This document shows positions 18,817 through 30,621 of a stretch of 64,000 nt of DNA, piece by piece (positions within the stretch are counted from its first letter, which is position 1; every line of letters starts with the position of its first letter). A program made the position numbers and the translations under genes. Source of the DNA: an uncultured Clostridia bacterium (lineage in GTDB: Bacteria > Bacillota > Clostridia > RUG12999); contig CAMNSU010000001.1 in assembly GCA_946555455.1 (NCBI GenBank), positions 16,526-80,525 on the forward strand, written 5' to 3'. Under the pieces are notes generated by a model, which saw only the letters and a list, made by a program, of their open reading frames with translations, was not told the DNA's origin and ran no database searches.

Positions 18817-18999
18817 TTATATCTCGCGAACGCTTACCAAATGCGTTACTTTATTTACCATACCTCTAATCTGAGGATTGTCAGGATGCACTTTCACATC
18901 TCTGATTTTTTTCAGTCCCAGTGCTTCGAGAGTCGCAATTTGATCTTTTTTGCGGCCGATTGCACTTTTGGTCTGTGTTACCTCAAGTTGTTTCGCCAT
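18817..18999 (-). CDS. rpmD: 50S ribosomal protein L30
   Basis: Canonical L30. Confidence 0.95.
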   Translation of the reverse strand: MAKQLEVTQTKSAIGRKKDQIATLEALGLKKIRDVKVHPDNPQIRGMVNKVTHLVSVREI

Positions 19000-19017
19000 G
19001 ATAATTGCTCCCTCCTA

Positions 19018-19524
19018 TTACACTAACAGTTCTTTTACTTCTTTTCCTCTCAGCGCAGCAACTTCATCTGCCTGTTTGAGGTTCTTCAGCGCTTCGATGG
19101 TTGCGTTCACCACGTTGCGCGGATTGTTAGACCTCATGGATTTCGTTCTGATATCACGAACGCCGGCCAGTTCCAGGACCGCACGAACCGGTCCGCCTGC
19201 GATAACCCCTGTACCAGGACCAGCGGGTTTGAGCAGTACTGTACCTGCGCCGAATTTACCTACGATTTCATGTGTGATTGTGGTGCCTGCCATCGGGAAA
19301 GAAATCATGTTTTTCTTTGCATCTTCGATTCCTTTTCTAACAGCTTCCGGAATTTCAGCAGCTTTTCCCATACCGCAGCCCACATGACCATTTTCGTCAC
19401 CGACAACAACCAGTGCGCTGAAACGGAAGGTTCTACCACCTTTAACAACCTTGGCAACACGATTTATCGTAACAACTTTTTCTTTCAGTTCCGGTACGTT
19501 AGAATCCATCATTTTTTCCGCCAT
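19018..19524 (-). CDS. rpsE: 30S ribosomal protein S5
   Basis: Canonical S5. Confidence 0.95.
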   Translation of the reverse strand: MAEKMMDSNVPELKEKVVTINRVAKVVKGGRTFRFSALVVVGDENGHVGCGMGKAAEIPEAVRKGIEDAKKNMISFPMAGTTITHEIVGKFGAGTVLLKPAGPGTGVIAGGPVRAVLELAGVRDIRTKSMRSNNPRNVVNATIEALKNLKQADEVAALRGKEVKELLV

Positions 19525-19575
19525 TGTTTTCGCCTCCTTCTTGCAAACTATAGGGTCTATTTCAAAACAGTTCTA

Positions 19576-19938
19576 TTAGAATTCCAAGCCGCCTTCCCTG
19601 GCGCCTTCCGCTAAGGCCGCTACCCGTCCATGGTAGATGTAGCCGCCGCGGTCAAATACAACTGATGTAATTCCTGCCGCTTTTGCTTTTTCTGCGACCA
19701 GTTTTCCGACTTCTTTCGCCGCTTCGACGTTTCCGCCGTTTTTCCCTTCCATGGCTTTTTCCAAAGAAGAAGCCGCTACCAGAGTTTTTCCGGCTACGTC
19801 GTCGATTACCTGCGCATAGATATTGCTGAGCGAACGGTAAACGCACAGTCTCGGACGCTGTGCTGTCCCGCTGATATGTTTACGCACACGCGCGTGGCGT
19901 CTTTTTCTCGCAACATTGCTTCCAGCTTTTTTTATCAT
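19576..19938 (-). CDS. rplR: 50S ribosomal protein L18
   Basis: Canonical L18. Confidence 0.95.
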   Translation of the reverse strand: MIKKAGSNVARKRRHARVRKHISGTAQRPRLCVYRSLSNIYAQVIDDVAGKTLVAASSLEKAMEGKNGGNVEAAKEVGKLVAEKAKAAGITSVVFDRGGYIYHGRVAALAEGAREGGLEF

Positions 19939-20003
19939 CTTGTTTTCGCCTCCTCCGCTACAAAATAAGGAAATTCAGGTTCGGCATGTCTCATGCCGCC
20001 GCA

Positions 20004-20549
20004 TTATTTCTTCGCTTTACCTGTTTTACCTTCTTTACGTCTGATGTGTTCATCCGCATATTTAATACCTTTGCCCTTGTAGGGTTCCGGCGGTCTTTTT
20101 TCCCGTACTTCCGCAGCGAACTGACCTACTTTTTGTTTGTCAATCCCTTTAATGATAATCTGGTTGGGAGAGGGCACATCAATTGTGATGTCGCCGTTTT
20201 CTTCCATTTCAACCGGATGGGAGTATCCCAGGCTGAGCACCAGTTTTTTGCCCTGTTTCTGGGCTCTATAACCAACACCGTTTACTTCCAGGACTTTTTC
20301 AAATCCTTCCGAAACGCCTGTTACCATATTGTTCAGCAGCGCGCGAGTCAAACCGTGCAGCGCTCTGTTTCTTTTTTCGTCATTAGACCGCGATACAATC
20401 ACTTCAGAACCTTGTACTTCCACTTTGATTTGTGAGTCAAATGTGTCTGTCAGTGTTCCTTTGGGACCTTTCACCGTCACATTCGCACCGTCGATTTTCA
20501 CATCAACGCCGGACGGAATCGCGATAGGCATTTTTCCTATTCTGGACAC
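20004..20549 (-). CDS. rplF: 50S ribosomal protein L6
   Basis: Canonical L6. Confidence 0.95.
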   Translation of the reverse strand: MSRIGKMPIAIPSGVDVKIDGANVTVKGPKGTLTDTFDSQIKVEVQGSEVIVSRSNDEKRNRALHGLTRALLNNMVTGVSEGFEKVLEVNGVGYRAQKQGKKLVLSLGYSHPVEMEENGDITIDVPSPNQIIIKGIDKQKVGQFAAEVREKRPPEPYKGKGIKYADEHIRRKEGKTGKAKK

Positions 20550-20584
20550 TGTTTACACCTCCTCGGCTTTCTCCATAATTTCTG

Positions 20585-20983
20585 TTACCATACAAATGCA
20601 AGAACTTCTCCGCCCACATTCGCGCTTCTCGCATCTTTGTCGGTCATGATGCCTTTTGAGGTCGAGATAATTGCAATACCCATACCCCGCAGCACTTTTG
20701 GAAGTTCATCCTTGCCGGCATATATTCTAAGTCCGGGCTTGCTCACTCTTTTGATTCCGGAGATCGCAGAAGATTTTCCCTGACCATATTTTAACGTGAC
20801 TCGAATGATACCCTGTACATTGCCATCTAACAGTTGATAGCCTTTGATGTAACCTTCATTGTTCAATATTTCGGCAATCGCTTTTTTCATGCCCGACGCC
20901 GGAATATCTACAGTATCATGTTTTGCAGCGCTGGCGTTTCTGATTCTTGTCAGCATATCTGCAATCGGATCTGTTATATTCAT
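20585..20983 (-). CDS. rpsH: 30S ribosomal protein S8
   Basis: Canonical S8. Confidence 0.95.
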   Translation of the reverse strand: MNITDPIADMLTRIRNASAAKHDTVDIPASGMKKAIAEILNNEGYIKGYQLLDGNVQGIIRVTLKYGQGKSSAISGIKRVSKPGLRIYAGKDELPKVLRGMGIAIISTSKGIMTDKDARSANVGGEVLAFVW

Positions 20984-21019
20984 GAAGTGTACCTCCTTCC
21001 TTCCTCTCGGTTTCTGTTT

Positions 21020-21205
21020 TTACCAGCTTGCCTTTTTCACACCCGGAATCTGACCTTTATACGCCAATTCACGGAAGCAAATACGGCAGATGCCGAATTT
21101 TCTCAAATATGCATGCGGACGTCCGCACAATTTACATCTGTTGTAGTATCTCGTTGAATACTTTGGCGTTCTCTGCTGTTTTAACACCATTGATTTTTTA
21201 GCCAC
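21020..21205 (-). CDS. rpsZ: 30S ribosomal protein S14 type Z (zinc-binding)
   Basis: 61 aa with a CxxC...CxxC zinc motif. Confidence 0.95.
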   Translation of the reverse strand: MAKKSMVLKQQRTPKYSTRYYNRCKLCGRPHAYLRKFGICRICFRELAYKGQIPGVKKASW

Positions 21206-21221
21206 TTTTGTTTACCCCCTC

Positions 21222-21764
21222 TCAATTTTTACTAAACGGAGCACCCATCAGCGTTAATAACTCACGAGCTTCTTCATCAGTCTGCGCAGTCGTCACAAAG
21301 ATAATATCCATACCTCTGATTTTGTCAATCTTGTCGTATTCAATTTCAGGGAAAATGAGCTGTTCTCTCACACCCATAGAATAGTTCCCTCTGCCGTCAA
21401 AGGAGTTCGGGTTGATACCCCGAAAGTCACGTACACGCGGCAGTGCAACATTGAACAATCTATCCATAAATTCGTACATTTTTTCTGCACGAAGTGTTAC
21501 CTTAACACCGATATTCATGCCTTCTCTGAGTTTGAAGTTTGCGACGGATTTTTTCGCTTTTGTCACAACCGCTTTCTGCCCAGTGATGGCTTCGAGATCC
21601 GCTACCGCTGCATCCAGCGCTTTCGGATTTTCTTTTGCTTCTCCCATTCCGATATTGACAACGATTTTCTCAAATTTCGGAATCTGCATCACGCTTTTAT
21701 ATTCAAATTTTTTCATCAGCGCGGGAGCAACTTCTTTTGTATAAAACTCTTTCATTCTCGCCAT
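21222..21764 (-). CDS. rplE: 50S ribosomal protein L5
   Basis: Canonical L5. Confidence 0.95.
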   Translation of the reverse strand: MARMKEFYTKEVAPALMKKFEYKSVMQIPKFEKIVVNIGMGEAKENPKALDAAVADLEAITGQKAVVTKAKKSVANFKLREGMNIGVKVTLRAEKMYEFMDRLFNVALPRVRDFRGINPNSFDGRGNYSMGVREQLIFPEIEYDKIDKIRGMDIIFVTTAQTDEEARELLTLMGAPFSKN

Positions 21765-21795
21765 TGCTGCTTTCCTCCTTCCTTTTCATAAGATG

Positions 21796-22119
21796 TTAGT
21801 CGTCCAGAACTTCTCCGCAATGTTTGCAGTATCTGGCGCGGGTTCCGTCGCCCAGAACCTTTCTGCCAATTCTGGTCGGCTCGCCGCATTTTCCGCAAAT
21901 CCGCATTACTTTGGACGCATACAGCGGCGCTTCTTGTTTCAGGATTCCGCCATCATCGCCTTGGCGGCGCGGTTTTGTGTGGCGGCTGACCATGTTGATT
22001 TTTTCCACCACTACTTTGTTCTGCGCCGGAAACGCTTCGATTACTTTTCCTTTTTTGCCTTTATCTTTACCGGAGATAACAATGACGTTATCGCCTGTCT
22101 TGATATGCATTTTACTCAT
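21796..22119 (-). CDS. rplX: 50S ribosomal protein L24
   Basis: Canonical L24 (KOW). Confidence 0.95.
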   Translation of the reverse strand: MSKMHIKTGDNVIVISGKDKGKKGKVIEAFPAQNKVVVEKINMVSRHTKPRRQGDDGGILKQEAPLYASKVMRICGKCGEPTRIGRKVLGDGTRARYCKHCGEVLDD

Positions 22120-22171
22120 TCTCTCGCCTCCTCGTCAGTCATTTGACTTGTGCTTTTCAAACAAACCGGGA

Positions 22172-22540
22172 TTATAATACTTCCGGCGCCAGAGACAGGA
22201 TTTTCATATATTCCTTGTCACGCAATTCTCTTGCAACCGGTCCGAAAATACGAGTCCCTCTCGGGTTTTTATCGTCTCTGATAATGACCGCGGCATTTTC
22301 GTCAAATCTGATGTAGGAGCCATCGCTGCGGCGGGTTTCTTTTACCGTCCGTACCACAACCGCTTTTACTACTTCACCTTTTTTAACAACGCCGCCGGGT
22401 GTTGCTTTTTTAACAGAAGCCACTACAACGTCTCCGATGTGTGCAATCTTTCTGCCGCTTCCGCCCAGCACACGGATACACATCAGTTCTTTTGCGCCGG
22501 TGTTATCCGCAACCTTCATGATTGTCTGCTGTTGAATCAT
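22172..22540 (-). CDS. rplN: 50S ribosomal protein L14
   Basis: Canonical L14. True start is [17 protein letters not shown] at 22540; the listed ORF extends to 22576. Confidence 0.95.
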   Translation of the reverse strand: MIQQQTIMKVADNTGAKELMCIRVLGGSGRKIAHIGDVVVASVKKATPGGVVKKGEVVKAVVVRTVKETRRSDGSYIRFDENAAVIIRDDKNPRGTRIFGPVARELRDKEYMKILSLAPEVL

Positions 22541-22630
22541 GGATTTTGCATCTCCTTCCCACGCACTCCTCTGCATTATCTGCTTATGAAGCGCGACATA
22601 TAGTAACGTTCGGTATCAACCGACGTTGGA

Positions 22631-22888
22631 TTATTTCGCTTTCTCTACAATTTCAACAAGCCGCCATCTTTTGTCTTTAGAAAGGGGTCTTGTTTCCATC
22701 ACTCTCACGCGGTCGCCAATCTGACAGGTATTGTTCTCGTCGTGAGCTTTGAGTTTATATGTTCTGCGAACGATTTTTCCGTACAGTGGGTGTTTGACGT
22801 TTTCTTCAATTGCAACCGTGATGGTTTTATCCATTTTGTCGCTGACAACTTTGCCCACTCTTACTTTTCTGTAATTGCGTTCTGCCAC
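22631..22888 (-). CDS. rpsQ: 30S ribosomal protein S17
   Basis: Canonical S17. Confidence 0.95.
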   Translation of the reverse strand: MAERNYRKVRVGKVVSDKMDKTITVAIEENVKHPLYGKIVRRTYKLKAHDENNTCQIGDRVRVMETRPLSKDKRWRLVEIVEKAK

Positions 22889-22941
22889 GTTCCTTCCTCC
22901 TTTTTACGAAAATGTCTGTTTTTCGGAACATCTCTTCTGAT

Positions 22942-23142
22942 TTATACCGATTCCTTCAATTCCGTTTCCCGCATGACGGTTTTCACCCGTGCAATGGTGC
23001 GTTTCACTTCAACCATTTTCATGGGATTGTCTAACTGGTTGGTGGCATGTTGAAATCGCAGATTGAACAGTTCCTGTTTCAGTTCTTTCAGTTTCAGTTC
23101 GAGTTCATCCTGAGTCATATCACGAATTTCATTAACCTTCAT
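22942..23142 (-). CDS. rpmC: 50S ribosomal protein L29
   Basis: 66 aa from [31 protein letters not shown]. The listed ORF is over-extended to 23262. Confidence 0.9.
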   Translation of the reverse strand: MKVNEIRDMTQDELELKLKELKQELFNLRFQHATNQLDNPMKMVEVKRTIARVKTVMRETELKESV

Positions 23143-23572
23143 TTGCCTCACCTTCCGTTTCCATGTCCTTGCGGACAACAAATTTACACTTAATCGGAAG
23201 TTTGTGGATTGCACGAGACATAGCAGCCTTTGCAACTTCTTCCGATACACCGGCGATTTCAAACAGAATACGATCCGGTTTTACAACCGCTACCCAATAT
23301 TCCGGAGACCCTTTTCCGCTACCCATTCGGGTTTCAGCCGGTTTTTCCGTAACAGGCTTGTCAGGGAAAATTTTAATCCAAACCTGACCGCCCCTTCTGA
23401 TATATCTTGTCATAGCGATACGGGCTGCTTCAATCTGGTTGGAAGTAATCCAGCCGGGCTCCAGCGCCTGTATGCCGAATTCACCATAAGTGATTTTGTT
23501 TCCGCGGGTTGCACGGCCTTTCATGCGGCCTCTCTGTACCCGGCGGTATTTCACACGTTTGGGCATCAACAT
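23132..23572 (-). CDS. rplP: 50S ribosomal protein L16
   Basis: [19 protein letters not shown] canonical L16. Confidence 0.95.
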   Translation of the reverse strand: MLMPKRVKYRRVQRGRMKGRATRGNKITYGEFGIQALEPGWITSNQIEAARIAMTRYIRRGGQVWIKIFPDKPVTEKPAETRMGSGKGSPEYWVAVVKPDRILFEIAGVSEEVAKAAMSRAIHKLPIKCKFVVRKDMETEGEANEG

Positions 23573-23573
23573 A

Positions 23574-24239
23574 TTATTTTCCTCCTCCCTGTGCAGTTAC
23601 CTTCTTACTTTCCGGAAGGACTTCCCCTTTATAGATCCATACTTTTACGCCGATTTTACCATAGGTTGTATCTGCTTCATAGAATCCATAATCAATATCT
23701 GCACGCAATGTTTGCAGCGGAATGGTTCCTTCATGATAGTGTTCGCTGCGCGCGATTTCTGCGCCGCCGAGACGACCGGAGCACTGGGTTTTAATTCCCT
23801 TTGCGCCACATTTCATCACGCGTGCCATGGTAGATTTCATAGCGCGGCGGAAGGAAATACGGCGTTCCAGCTGAGATGCGATATTTTCCGCAACCAACTG
23901 CGCGTCCATATCCGGCGTTTTGATTTCCTTGATGTTAATGTTCACCGGTTTGTCAATCATTTTGATCAAATCGGTTTTCAGTTTTTCGATTTCACTGCCG
24001 CTGCGGCCGATGATGATACCCGGTTTTGCAGCATGAATATTAATGAAAACTTTATTTGCTTTACGTTCGATTTCAAATTTGGAAACGCCCGCTGCAAACA
24101 AACGTTTTTTCAGAAATTTTCTGATTTTCACGTCCTCAACCAACTGGTCGCCGAATGCAGAATCTTCTGCATACCATTTTGAATCCCAGTCTTTGATGAC
24201 GCCAACTCTAATTCCGTGTGGATGCACTTTTTGACCCAA
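23574..24239 (-). CDS. rpsC: 30S ribosomal protein S3
   Basis: Canonical S3. Confidence 0.95.
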   Translation of the reverse strand: MGQKVHPHGIRVGVIKDWDSKWYAEDSAFGDQLVEDVKIRKFLKKRLFAAGVSKFEIERKANKVFINIHAAKPGIIIGRSGSEIEKLKTDLIKMIDKPVNINIKEIKTPDMDAQLVAENIASQLERRISFRRAMKSTMARVMKCGAKGIKTQCSGRLGGAEIARSEHYHEGTIPLQTLRADIDYGFYEADTTYGKIGVKVWIYKGEVLPESKKVTAQGGGK

Positions 24240-24242
24240 TGA

Positions 24243-24584
24243 TTACACCTCCTCTTTTTCCTTCAAAACAATTTTCAAATGACTTGTTCTTTTGTTAATG
24301 CGGAATGCACGTCCCTGTGCGCGGGGCTGCACCCGTTTCATAATCGGTCCCGGATCTGCTGTCACTTCCGCAACATAAAGAGCGTCTGCGTTCATGCTGT
24401 GGTTGTTTTCCGCATTTGCAATCGCGGTTCCCAGAACCTTAATCAATAGTTCGGACGCTGCTTTGGGGGTGTTTTTCAAAATACCCATTGCTTCGCCGAC
24501 CGGTTTATTTCTGATTAAATCCATAACGATTTTCGCTTTACGCGGTGAAATACGAGCATATTTGTGTGTTGCCGTAGCTTCCAT
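24243..24584 (-). CDS. rplV: 50S ribosomal protein L22
   Basis: Starts at MEATATHKYARISPRKAK. The listed ORF extends to 24608. Confidence 0.95.
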   Translation of the reverse strand: MEATATHKYARISPRKAKIVMDLIRNKPVGEAMGILKNTPKAASELLIKVLGTAIANAENNHSMNADALYVAEVTADPGPIMKRVQPRAQGRAFRINKRTSHLKIVLKEKEEV

Positions 24585-24637
24585 GGCTCGCTCCTCCTTT
24601 CCCGTCACTTATACGTTCCATCTATATTTCGTTCTCA

Positions 24638-24913
24638 TTATCTTGCGTTGGATTTTCCGCCCTGGTGACCTTTAAAAGTCCGCGTCGGTGCGAATTCACC
24701 CAGCTTGTGGCCTACCATGTCTTCCGTGCAGTAGACCGGCACATGTTTGCGTCCGTCATGAACGGCGATTGTATGGCCTACCATTTCAGGAAATATCGTA
24801 GAGGATCTTGACCACGTTTTGAGTACTTTTTTCTCATTCTTTTCGTTGAGTTCAATTACCCGTTTCAGCAGTTTTTCCTGCACGAAAGGTCCCTTTTTCA
24901 ACGATCTGCTCAT
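24638..24913 (-). CDS. rpsS: 30S ribosomal protein S19
   Basis: Canonical S19. Confidence 0.95.
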   Translation of the reverse strand: MSRSLKKGPFVQEKLLKRVIELNEKNEKKVLKTWSRSSTIFPEMVGHTIAVHDGRKHVPVYCTEDMVGHKLGEFAPTRTFKGHQGGKSNAR

Positions 24914-24946
24914 TTCTTTCCCTCCTTCATCTAGGCTTTGACGTGA

Positions 24947-25780
24947 TTATCTGTCATGTCTGGATTTCACGATATATTTGTTCGTGGATTTCTTTTTCGA
25001 TCTCGTCTTCAGACCCAGAGCCGGTTTACCCCAAGGAGTAACAGGGCTTGGCATACCGATAGGCGATTTACCTTCACCACCGCCGTGCGGATGGTCGCAG
25101 GGGTTCATGACGACACCACGTACGGTCGGGCGCCAACCCATATGACGTTTACGTCCCGCTTTACCGATGGAGATGTTTTCGTGGTCGATGTTGCCGACCT
25201 GTCCGATGGTTGCTTTGCATTCCATGCGAATCAGTCTCATTTCACCGGAGGGGAGTCTGACATGGGCGAATTTGCTTTCTTTCGCCATCAGTTGCGCGCT
25301 GTTTCCTGCACTGCGCACCAACTGTCCGCCGCGTCCCGGTACCAGTTCAATGTTGTGAATCGTTGTACCAACCGGCATATCTGCCAAACGCATTGCGTTA
25401 CCAGGTTTGATATCGCTCTGCGGACCGGATTCCACTTTGTCGCCTACGCGCAGTCCCAGCGGCGCTAAAATGTATCTCTTTTCGCCGTCCTCATACTGCA
25501 CCAGCGCAATGTTTGCACTCCGGTTCGGATCGTATTCAATCGTCAGCACAGTTGCTGTCATGTTGTCTTTATCACGTTTAAAGTCGATTACTCTGTATTT
25601 TCTTCTGTTCCCGCCTCCTCTGTGGCGAACCGTGATTCTGCCATAGGAGTTTCTTCCGGCATTTTTCTTCATTGGTTCCAGCAAGGAACGTTCCGGTTTA
25701 TTGGTTGTGATTTCTTCAAAGGTGGAAACCGTCATAAACCGTCTGGCCGGAGAGGTGGGGTTATATTTTTTGATAGCCAT
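24947..25780 (-). CDS. rplB: 50S ribosomal protein L2
   Basis: Canonical L2. Confidence 0.95.
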   Translation of the reverse strand: MAIKKYNPTSPARRFMTVSTFEEITTNKPERSLLEPMKKNAGRNSYGRITVRHRGGGNRRKYRVIDFKRDKDNMTATVLTIEYDPNRSANIALVQYEDGEKRYILAPLGLRVGDKVESGPQSDIKPGNAMRLADMPVGTTIHNIELVPGRGGQLVRSAGNSAQLMAKESKFAHVRLPSGEMRLIRMECKATIGQVGNIDHENISIGKAGRKRHMGWRPTVRGVVMNPCDHPHGGGEGKSPIGMPSPVTPWGKPALGLKTRSKKKSTNKYIVKSRHDR

Positions 25781-25819
25781 TTAAGACCTACCTCCTTTAA
25801 GAATTTGTAGGGCGCGGTA

Positions 25820-26110
25820 TTAAACCATACCTTCAAAGAATTCGATTGTTTTGCTGTCTTCCGTCAGTGTGACAATCGCTTTTTTCCAGTCAGCGCGTTT
25901 GCCGCTGTGTGCACCCATTCTTTTGATTTTGCCGGTCATGTTCATGGTGTTCACGTCTTTGACTTTCACGCCGAACACTTCTTCCACGGCCTGTCTGATT
26001 TGTACCTTCGTTGCATTTTTCGCTACCTGGAAGGTGTACTTTTTGTTTTCCAACTGACCCATGCTTTTTTCGGTGATAATCGGTTTTACAATCACATCAT
26101 AAGCGTTCAT
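25820..26110 (-). CDS. rplW: 50S ribosomal protein L23
   Basis: Canonical L23. Confidence 0.95.
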   Translation of the reverse strand: MNAYDVIVKPIITEKSMGQLENKKYTFQVAKNATKVQIRQAVEEVFGVKVKDVNTMNMTGKIKRMGAHSGKRADWKKAIVTLTEDSKTIEFFEGMV

Positions 26111-26730
26111 TATGCGTACACCTCCTCAATTTTGGCAATCGCCGCTTCGGTGGTTACCAAGGTTTCATATTTCAAAATTTCATATACGTTCATTGTACCG
26201 ACTGTTGAAACCGCCACGCCTTTGATGTTACGCGCACTGCGGTATACCACGTCGTTTTTCTCAGGAAGCAAAATCAATGCTTTCTTCGCATTCAGGTTTG
26301 TCAGCATGTCAGCGATTGCTTTGGTTTTGATTTCATCCAGAGCAATGTTGTCCACTGCTATCAGTTCTCCGTCATTCACCTTTGCACTCAGTACGCTGCG
26401 CATTGCCAGACGTTTCACTTTTTTGTTCACGGTATAACGGTAGCTGCGCGGTTTCGGTCCCAGTGCAACGCCGCCGCCCGTCCACTGCGGTGCGCGGATA
26501 CTGCCCTGTCTTGCACGGCCGGTTCCTTTTTGTCTCCAAGGTTTTCTGCCGCCGCCGCGTACTTCCGATCTTGTTTTGGTACTCTGCGTACCCTGCCGTT
26601 GGTTTGCCAAGTAGTTCACAACCACTTCATGAATGGCGTATTGATTCACTTCGCATCCAAATACATTGTCGTTTAAAGTGATGTCTTTCACTTTTTCTCC
26701 CGCCATATTAACTAATACTGCGTTAGGCAT
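26110..26730 (-). CDS. rplD: 50S ribosomal protein L4
   Basis: Canonical L4. GGAGG RBS sits 9 nt before the ATG at 26730 (MPNAVLVN...). The listed start at 26739 abuts the RBS. Confidence 0.95.
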   Translation of the reverse strand: MPNAVLVNMAGEKVKDITLNDNVFGCEVNQYAIHEVVVNYLANQRQGTQSTKTRSEVRGGGRKPWRQKGTGRARQGSIRAPQWTGGGVALGPKPRSYRYTVNKKVKRLAMRSVLSAKVNDGELIAVDNIALDEIKTKAIADMLTNLNAKKALILLPEKNDVVYRSARNIKGVAVSTVGTMNVYEILKYETLVTTEAAIAKIEEVYA

Positions 26731-26755
26731 AATCTGCATCCTCCTTTCCTAATTC

Positions 26756-27385
26756 TTATTTTCTGTTGGTATCTTTTATATAAAGCAGTCCGCCTTTCGG
26801 TCCCGGAACTGCGCCTTTGACCAGAAGCAGATTTCTTTCGGTATCCACTTTTACAATGTCCAGATTCTGAATGGTAACACGTTCGTTTCCGAGGTGACCA
26901 GGCAGTTTCTTTCCTTTAAATACACGGGACGGAGAAGAACATGCGCCCAGAGAACCCACGCCGCGGTGGTATCCGCTACCGTGCGTCATTGGACCGCGGT
27001 GCGTACCCCAACGTTTGATGGTACCTGCATAGCCTTTTCCTTTGCTTCTTCCGGTTACGTCAACCGCTTCTCCGGCTTCAAACGTATCCGCTTTCACAAC
27101 GTCGCCCACGTTCAATTCTTCTGTGTTATCCAGACGGAATTCGCACAGGAACCGTTTGTAAGGCACGCCCGCTTTGTCAAAGTGACCTTTCAGCGGTTTT
27201 GTCATTTTACTTTCTTTTTTGTCTGCGAAACCCATTTGCACTGCACTATAGCCGTCGGTTTCCACAGTTTTCTTTTGTGTGATAACGCAGGGACCTGCTT
27301 CAATTACAGTAACCGGCGTTACTTTTCCATCTTCGGCGAACACTTGGGTCATGCCAAGTTTTCTGCCCATGATTGCTTTCTGCAT
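26756..27385 (-). CDS. rplC: 50S ribosomal protein L3
   Basis: Canonical L3. Confidence 0.95.
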   Translation of the reverse strand: MQKAIMGRKLGMTQVFAEDGKVTPVTVIEAGPCVITQKKTVETDGYSAVQMGFADKKESKMTKPLKGHFDKAGVPYKRFLCEFRLDNTEELNVGDVVKADTFEAGEAVDVTGRSKGKGYAGTIKRWGTHRGPMTHGSGYHRGVGSLGACSSPSRVFKGKKLPGHLGNERVTIQNLDIVKVDTERNLLLVKGAVPGPKGGLLYIKDTNRK

Positions 27386-27492
27386 TTTTCCTTACCTCCT
27401 ATGGTTATTGGTTGACACTTTCGCGCCAACATGACCTAAAACCCTGTTTATTCATGACATAAACGGATGTTCAGTGGTTGTTTTAACTGTTT

Positions 27493-27804
27493 TTATGCTA
27501 ATTTCATGTCGATTTCCACACCAGCAGGCAAATCCAAACGTTTCAGCGCTTCGATTGTTTTCGCGGTTGGCTCTACATCAATCAGCCGTTTGTGTGTTCT
27601 CATTTCGAACTGTTCACGGGAATCTTTATACTTATGAACAGCACGCAGAATCGTGATGATTTCCTTTTTGGTCGGCAGCGGAATCGGTCCGGACACTTTC
27701 GCGCCCGTTCTTTTCGCTGTTTCCACGATTTTCGCAGCTGATTGGTCAATCAGCGTGTGGTCATAAGATTTTAAACGGATTCTCATTTTCTGTGTGTTTG
27801 CCAT
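27493..27804 (-). CDS. rpsJ: 30S ribosomal protein S10
   Basis: Canonical S10; first gene of the cluster. Confidence 0.95.
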   Translation of the reverse strand: MANTQKMRIRLKSYDHTLIDQSAAKIVETAKRTGAKVSGPIPLPTKKEIITILRAVHKYKDSREQFEMRTHKRLIDVEPTAKTIEALKRLDLPAGVEIDMKLA

Positions 27805-28127
27805 AACACTTGTCGCCTCCTATATATTGATTACTGCGTCTCTTGTGCGACTCTTTCCGTACACGGTTCCGGGTGTGTCATGAACACCCAAAATAAATAC
27901 CCGGAAGTACGCCTAGCATACAGTCCCGGGTACACATGACGATTCTTTCACAGGCGCGCAGGCAGACCACAGGCGTCCGCCGCTGCTTGTCAAACATTTA
28001 TCGTTCTCTTGTGTACAGTGACTATGCCGCCCGGTTTCTTGAATCGGACATTCTCCATGGAAATTTCCCATTCTCAGATGGAATGCAACCTCCCACTTCA
28101 TCGACTGCCTCGTCACAGCAAGTATTA

Positions 28128-28156
28128 TTATACCGCATTTCCGGCAGGATTTCAAA
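28128..28156 (-). promoter_or_regulatory. sigma-A promoter of the S10 operon (TTGAAA-17-TATAAT, minus strand), giving a leader of about 316 nt
   Basis: Minus-strand read TTGAAAtcctgccggaaatgcggTATAAT. Leader 27805-28120 is GC-rich with several hairpins. Confidence 0.6.
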
Positions 28157-28426
28157 CCTTTTTTTCTGTTTTTTCGTAGAAATTTGCAGAAATTACCTGT
28201 CTCATTTTATGCATTTTGTCTATACCATCTCCGGCGCACCCATCCATGCGCCCAATGCCCGCCGGAACCTGTTTTTATTCTAAACATTTCCATGGGAATT
28301 TATACAAAAATTTGCGTTTTTCCTCACTTTTTCCATCAAAAGCCACCGGCTTGCAGTAAAAACGCATACCACTTATATAGAAAGCCGCCTCCCATATAGG
28401 AAGCGGCTTCAGGTTATATAGTTTCA

Positions 28427-29329
28427 TTATCCTTTGACTGCGCCAATCATCACGCCTTTGGTGAAATATTTTTGCAGGAACGGATAAACAAGCAAAATCG
28501 GCACCGTTGAAACGATAATCGTTGAATATTTAATAATTTCTCCCAGCGCCTGCTGGTCTGCCGTCTTTGTCGCCATCACCATATCGTCCTGCTGGTTCTC
28601 TATCAATATCTGCCGCAGGAACAACTGCAACGGATACAAGTCGTCGTTACGCAGGTAAATCATTTCCTGGAACCATGAATTCCAGTGCTGCACAGCATAG
28701 TAGAGAATAATAACCGCAATGGTCGGCATTGCCAACGGGAAAATAATCTTCACCATGATACGGAACGGACTTGCGCCGTCTATCTTTGCAGCTTCCTCCA
28801 AACTCGCGGGCACTCCCGCAAATCCTGTCCGCAGGATAATCAGGTTGAATGTACTGATTGCCGTCGGCAATATCGGCGCCCACCGCGTGTCCACCAGTCC
28901 CAAATCCTGCACCAACAAATAGGTCGGAATCAGTCCGCCGTTGAAATACATTGTGAAGATAATCAACAGCATGATGGGTTTGTTCAGCAGCAGTCCCGGA
29001 CGTGACGTCACATATGCCAGCGAAATCGTGAACGCCATATTCACTGCCGTTCCAACTATCACATAAAAAAGTGTGTTGCCATAGCCCGTTAGGATTTCCG
29101 GTTTTTCCAGCACTACTTTATACGCGTCAAGCGAAAATCCCTGCGTCCAAAACAGCGGCCCTGTATGTTTCGCAAACAGTGTCGGATTGGAAAAAGAGGC
29201 AAGTACAACGTATAACAACGGATATAATGTCACCAGCGCCAATGCCGCCAATACCGCCGTATTGACAACTATAAAGGCGCTCTGTAATGGGGTACGTTTT
29301 ATCATTTTCTTTTCCTCCTTCCTTACCAC
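28427..29329 (-). CDS. Carbohydrate ABC transporter permease (LplC/AraQ-like)
   Basis: 6-TM permease with EAA loop (EEAAKIDGAS). Confidence 0.85.
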   Translation of the reverse strand: MVRKEEKKMIKRTPLQSAFIVVNTAVLAALALVTLYPLLYVVLASFSNPTLFAKHTGPLFWTQGFSLDAYKVVLEKPEILTGYGNTLFYVIVGTAVNMAFTISLAYVTSRPGLLLNKPIMLLIIFTMYFNGGLIPTYLLVQDLGLVDTRWAPILPTAISTFNLIILRTGFAGVPASLEEAAKIDGASPFRIMVKIIFPLAMPTIAVIILYYAVQHWNSWFQEMIYLRNDDLYPLQLFLRQILIENQQDDMVMATKTADQQALGEIIKYSTIIVSTVPILLVYPFLQKYFTKGVMIGAVKG

Positions 29330-30417
29330 AAACTGTTTTCACTGAATTTACGGCTGAAAAAGTTCGCTAAGAACACCAGTACACAGTTGATACCGGAGTT
29401 CACCAAGCCAACCGCCGCCGACAAGCTGTAATTAGACCGCTGCAAACCTTGCCGATAAATATAGGAAGAAATGATATCCGCCTTTTCATAGATAACCTCG
29501 TTGTATAACAAGATAACTTTATCCGCGCCCAAACTCATGATACTTCCGATACGCAGAATCAGCATAATCACAACGGTAGAGGCAATGCCGGGCAGTGTGA
29601 CGGCAAAAAGCTGCCGGATTTTACCGGCGCCGTCAATTTCCGCCGCTTCATATAATTCCATATCCAGTCCTGCCATTGCCGCAAGATAGATGATACTGTC
29701 CCAGCCAATCTTTTGCCAGACCTCCGAAATGACATAAATAGGTCGGAACATATTTGCATTGGACAGCAAGTTTCCGTGGTCGCCGCCCGTGAGAAAATTC
29801 AATAGTTGTGTGATGATACCGCGGTTAGACGTAAAGTCCACTATCATACCGCAGATAACTACCATAGATATAAAATGCGGCAGGTATGTAATGGTCTGCA
29901 CCGTCTTTTTGAACCACATTGCACGTACTTCGTTCAGCATCAGCGCCAAAATAATGGGCGCCGGAAACGTGAACACCAACAGCAAGAAGTTCAAAATAAT
30001 GGTGTTGCTGAACACACGCCCGAAAAATGGGCTGCCAAAAAACTCCCGAAAATTGTCCAGTCCAACCCAGGGACTGTTCCAAATACCGCCGGACGGCGTG
30101 TAATCATTAAATGCAATCAGTACGCCATACATCGGCCCATACATAAAGATAATATAAAATACAAGTCCCGGAAGCGCCAGCAGATAGGTCGACCAGTTTC
30201 TTCGCAAATCGCGTGCCAAGATATCCATTGCGCTCGCGAATTTCCCTTTTTCCGCTAACACTGCGCTTCCATCATGTGTTTTTAAATCCATTCCGCTCCA
30301 CTCCTTTTCTTCTATTTTTTTGCCGCAGGCAATGAGACCTTCCGACATTCTCTCTACTTCTACCATAACGGATTTTTCCGCCGTCTGCAATGGGCAATAT
30401 GTAAAATCCGTCTGCAT
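29323..30417 (-). CDS. Carbohydrate ABC transporter permease (LplB/AraP-like); start probably downstream of the listed one (about 30291)
   Basis: Permease with EAA loop (YEAAEIDGAG). The first 40-60 listed residues are a non-membrane extension. Confidence 0.8.
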   Translation of the reverse strand: MQTDFTYCPLQTAEKSVMVEVERMSEGLIACGKKIEEKEWSGMDLKTHDGSAVLAEKGKFASAMDILARDLRRNWSTYLLALPGLVFYIIFMYGPMYGVLIAFNDYTPSGGIWNSPWVGLDNFREFFGSPFFGRVFSNTIILNFLLLVFTFPAPIILALMLNEVRAMWFKKTVQTITYLPHFISMVVICGMIVDFTSNRGIITQLLNFLTGGDHGNLLSNANMFRPIYVISEVWQKIGWDSIIYLAAMAGLDMELYEAAEIDGAGKIRQLFAVTLPGIASTVVIMLILRIGSIMSLGADKVILLYNEVIYEKADIISSYIYRQGLQRSNYSLSAAVGLVNSGINCVLVFLANFFSRKFSENSLW

Positions 30418-30555
30418 TTTCAGATAAAAACCGATTTTGCCTATTGTCCTTTTATACTTCTCATACGTCTGCTCATTTTTTGCGGCGTGACATAGCCTGA
30501 CGCTATAGGTTTGAACCCGCCTAAAACGGCGATATTTCGGTATCTTTCGGATTGT

Positions 30556-30595
30556 CGTCTCCCGTAGGCATAGTTCGAGCCTATATACTTTCGCT
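30556..30595. other. Intercistronic stem-loop between the SBP and permease genes
   Basis: TTCGAGCCTATAT...ATATAGGCTCGAA 13-bp stem. Confidence 0.5.
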
Positions 30596-30621
30596 GCATA
30601 TAGGCTCGAAATGTTTTTTGA

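Noticed and set aside
27913-28155. 80-aa minus-strand ORF in the S10 leader region
   Set aside because: It lies inside the predicted 5' leader and promoter, has no RBS, and has a Cys/His-rich low-complexity translation. More likely non-coding leader RNA.
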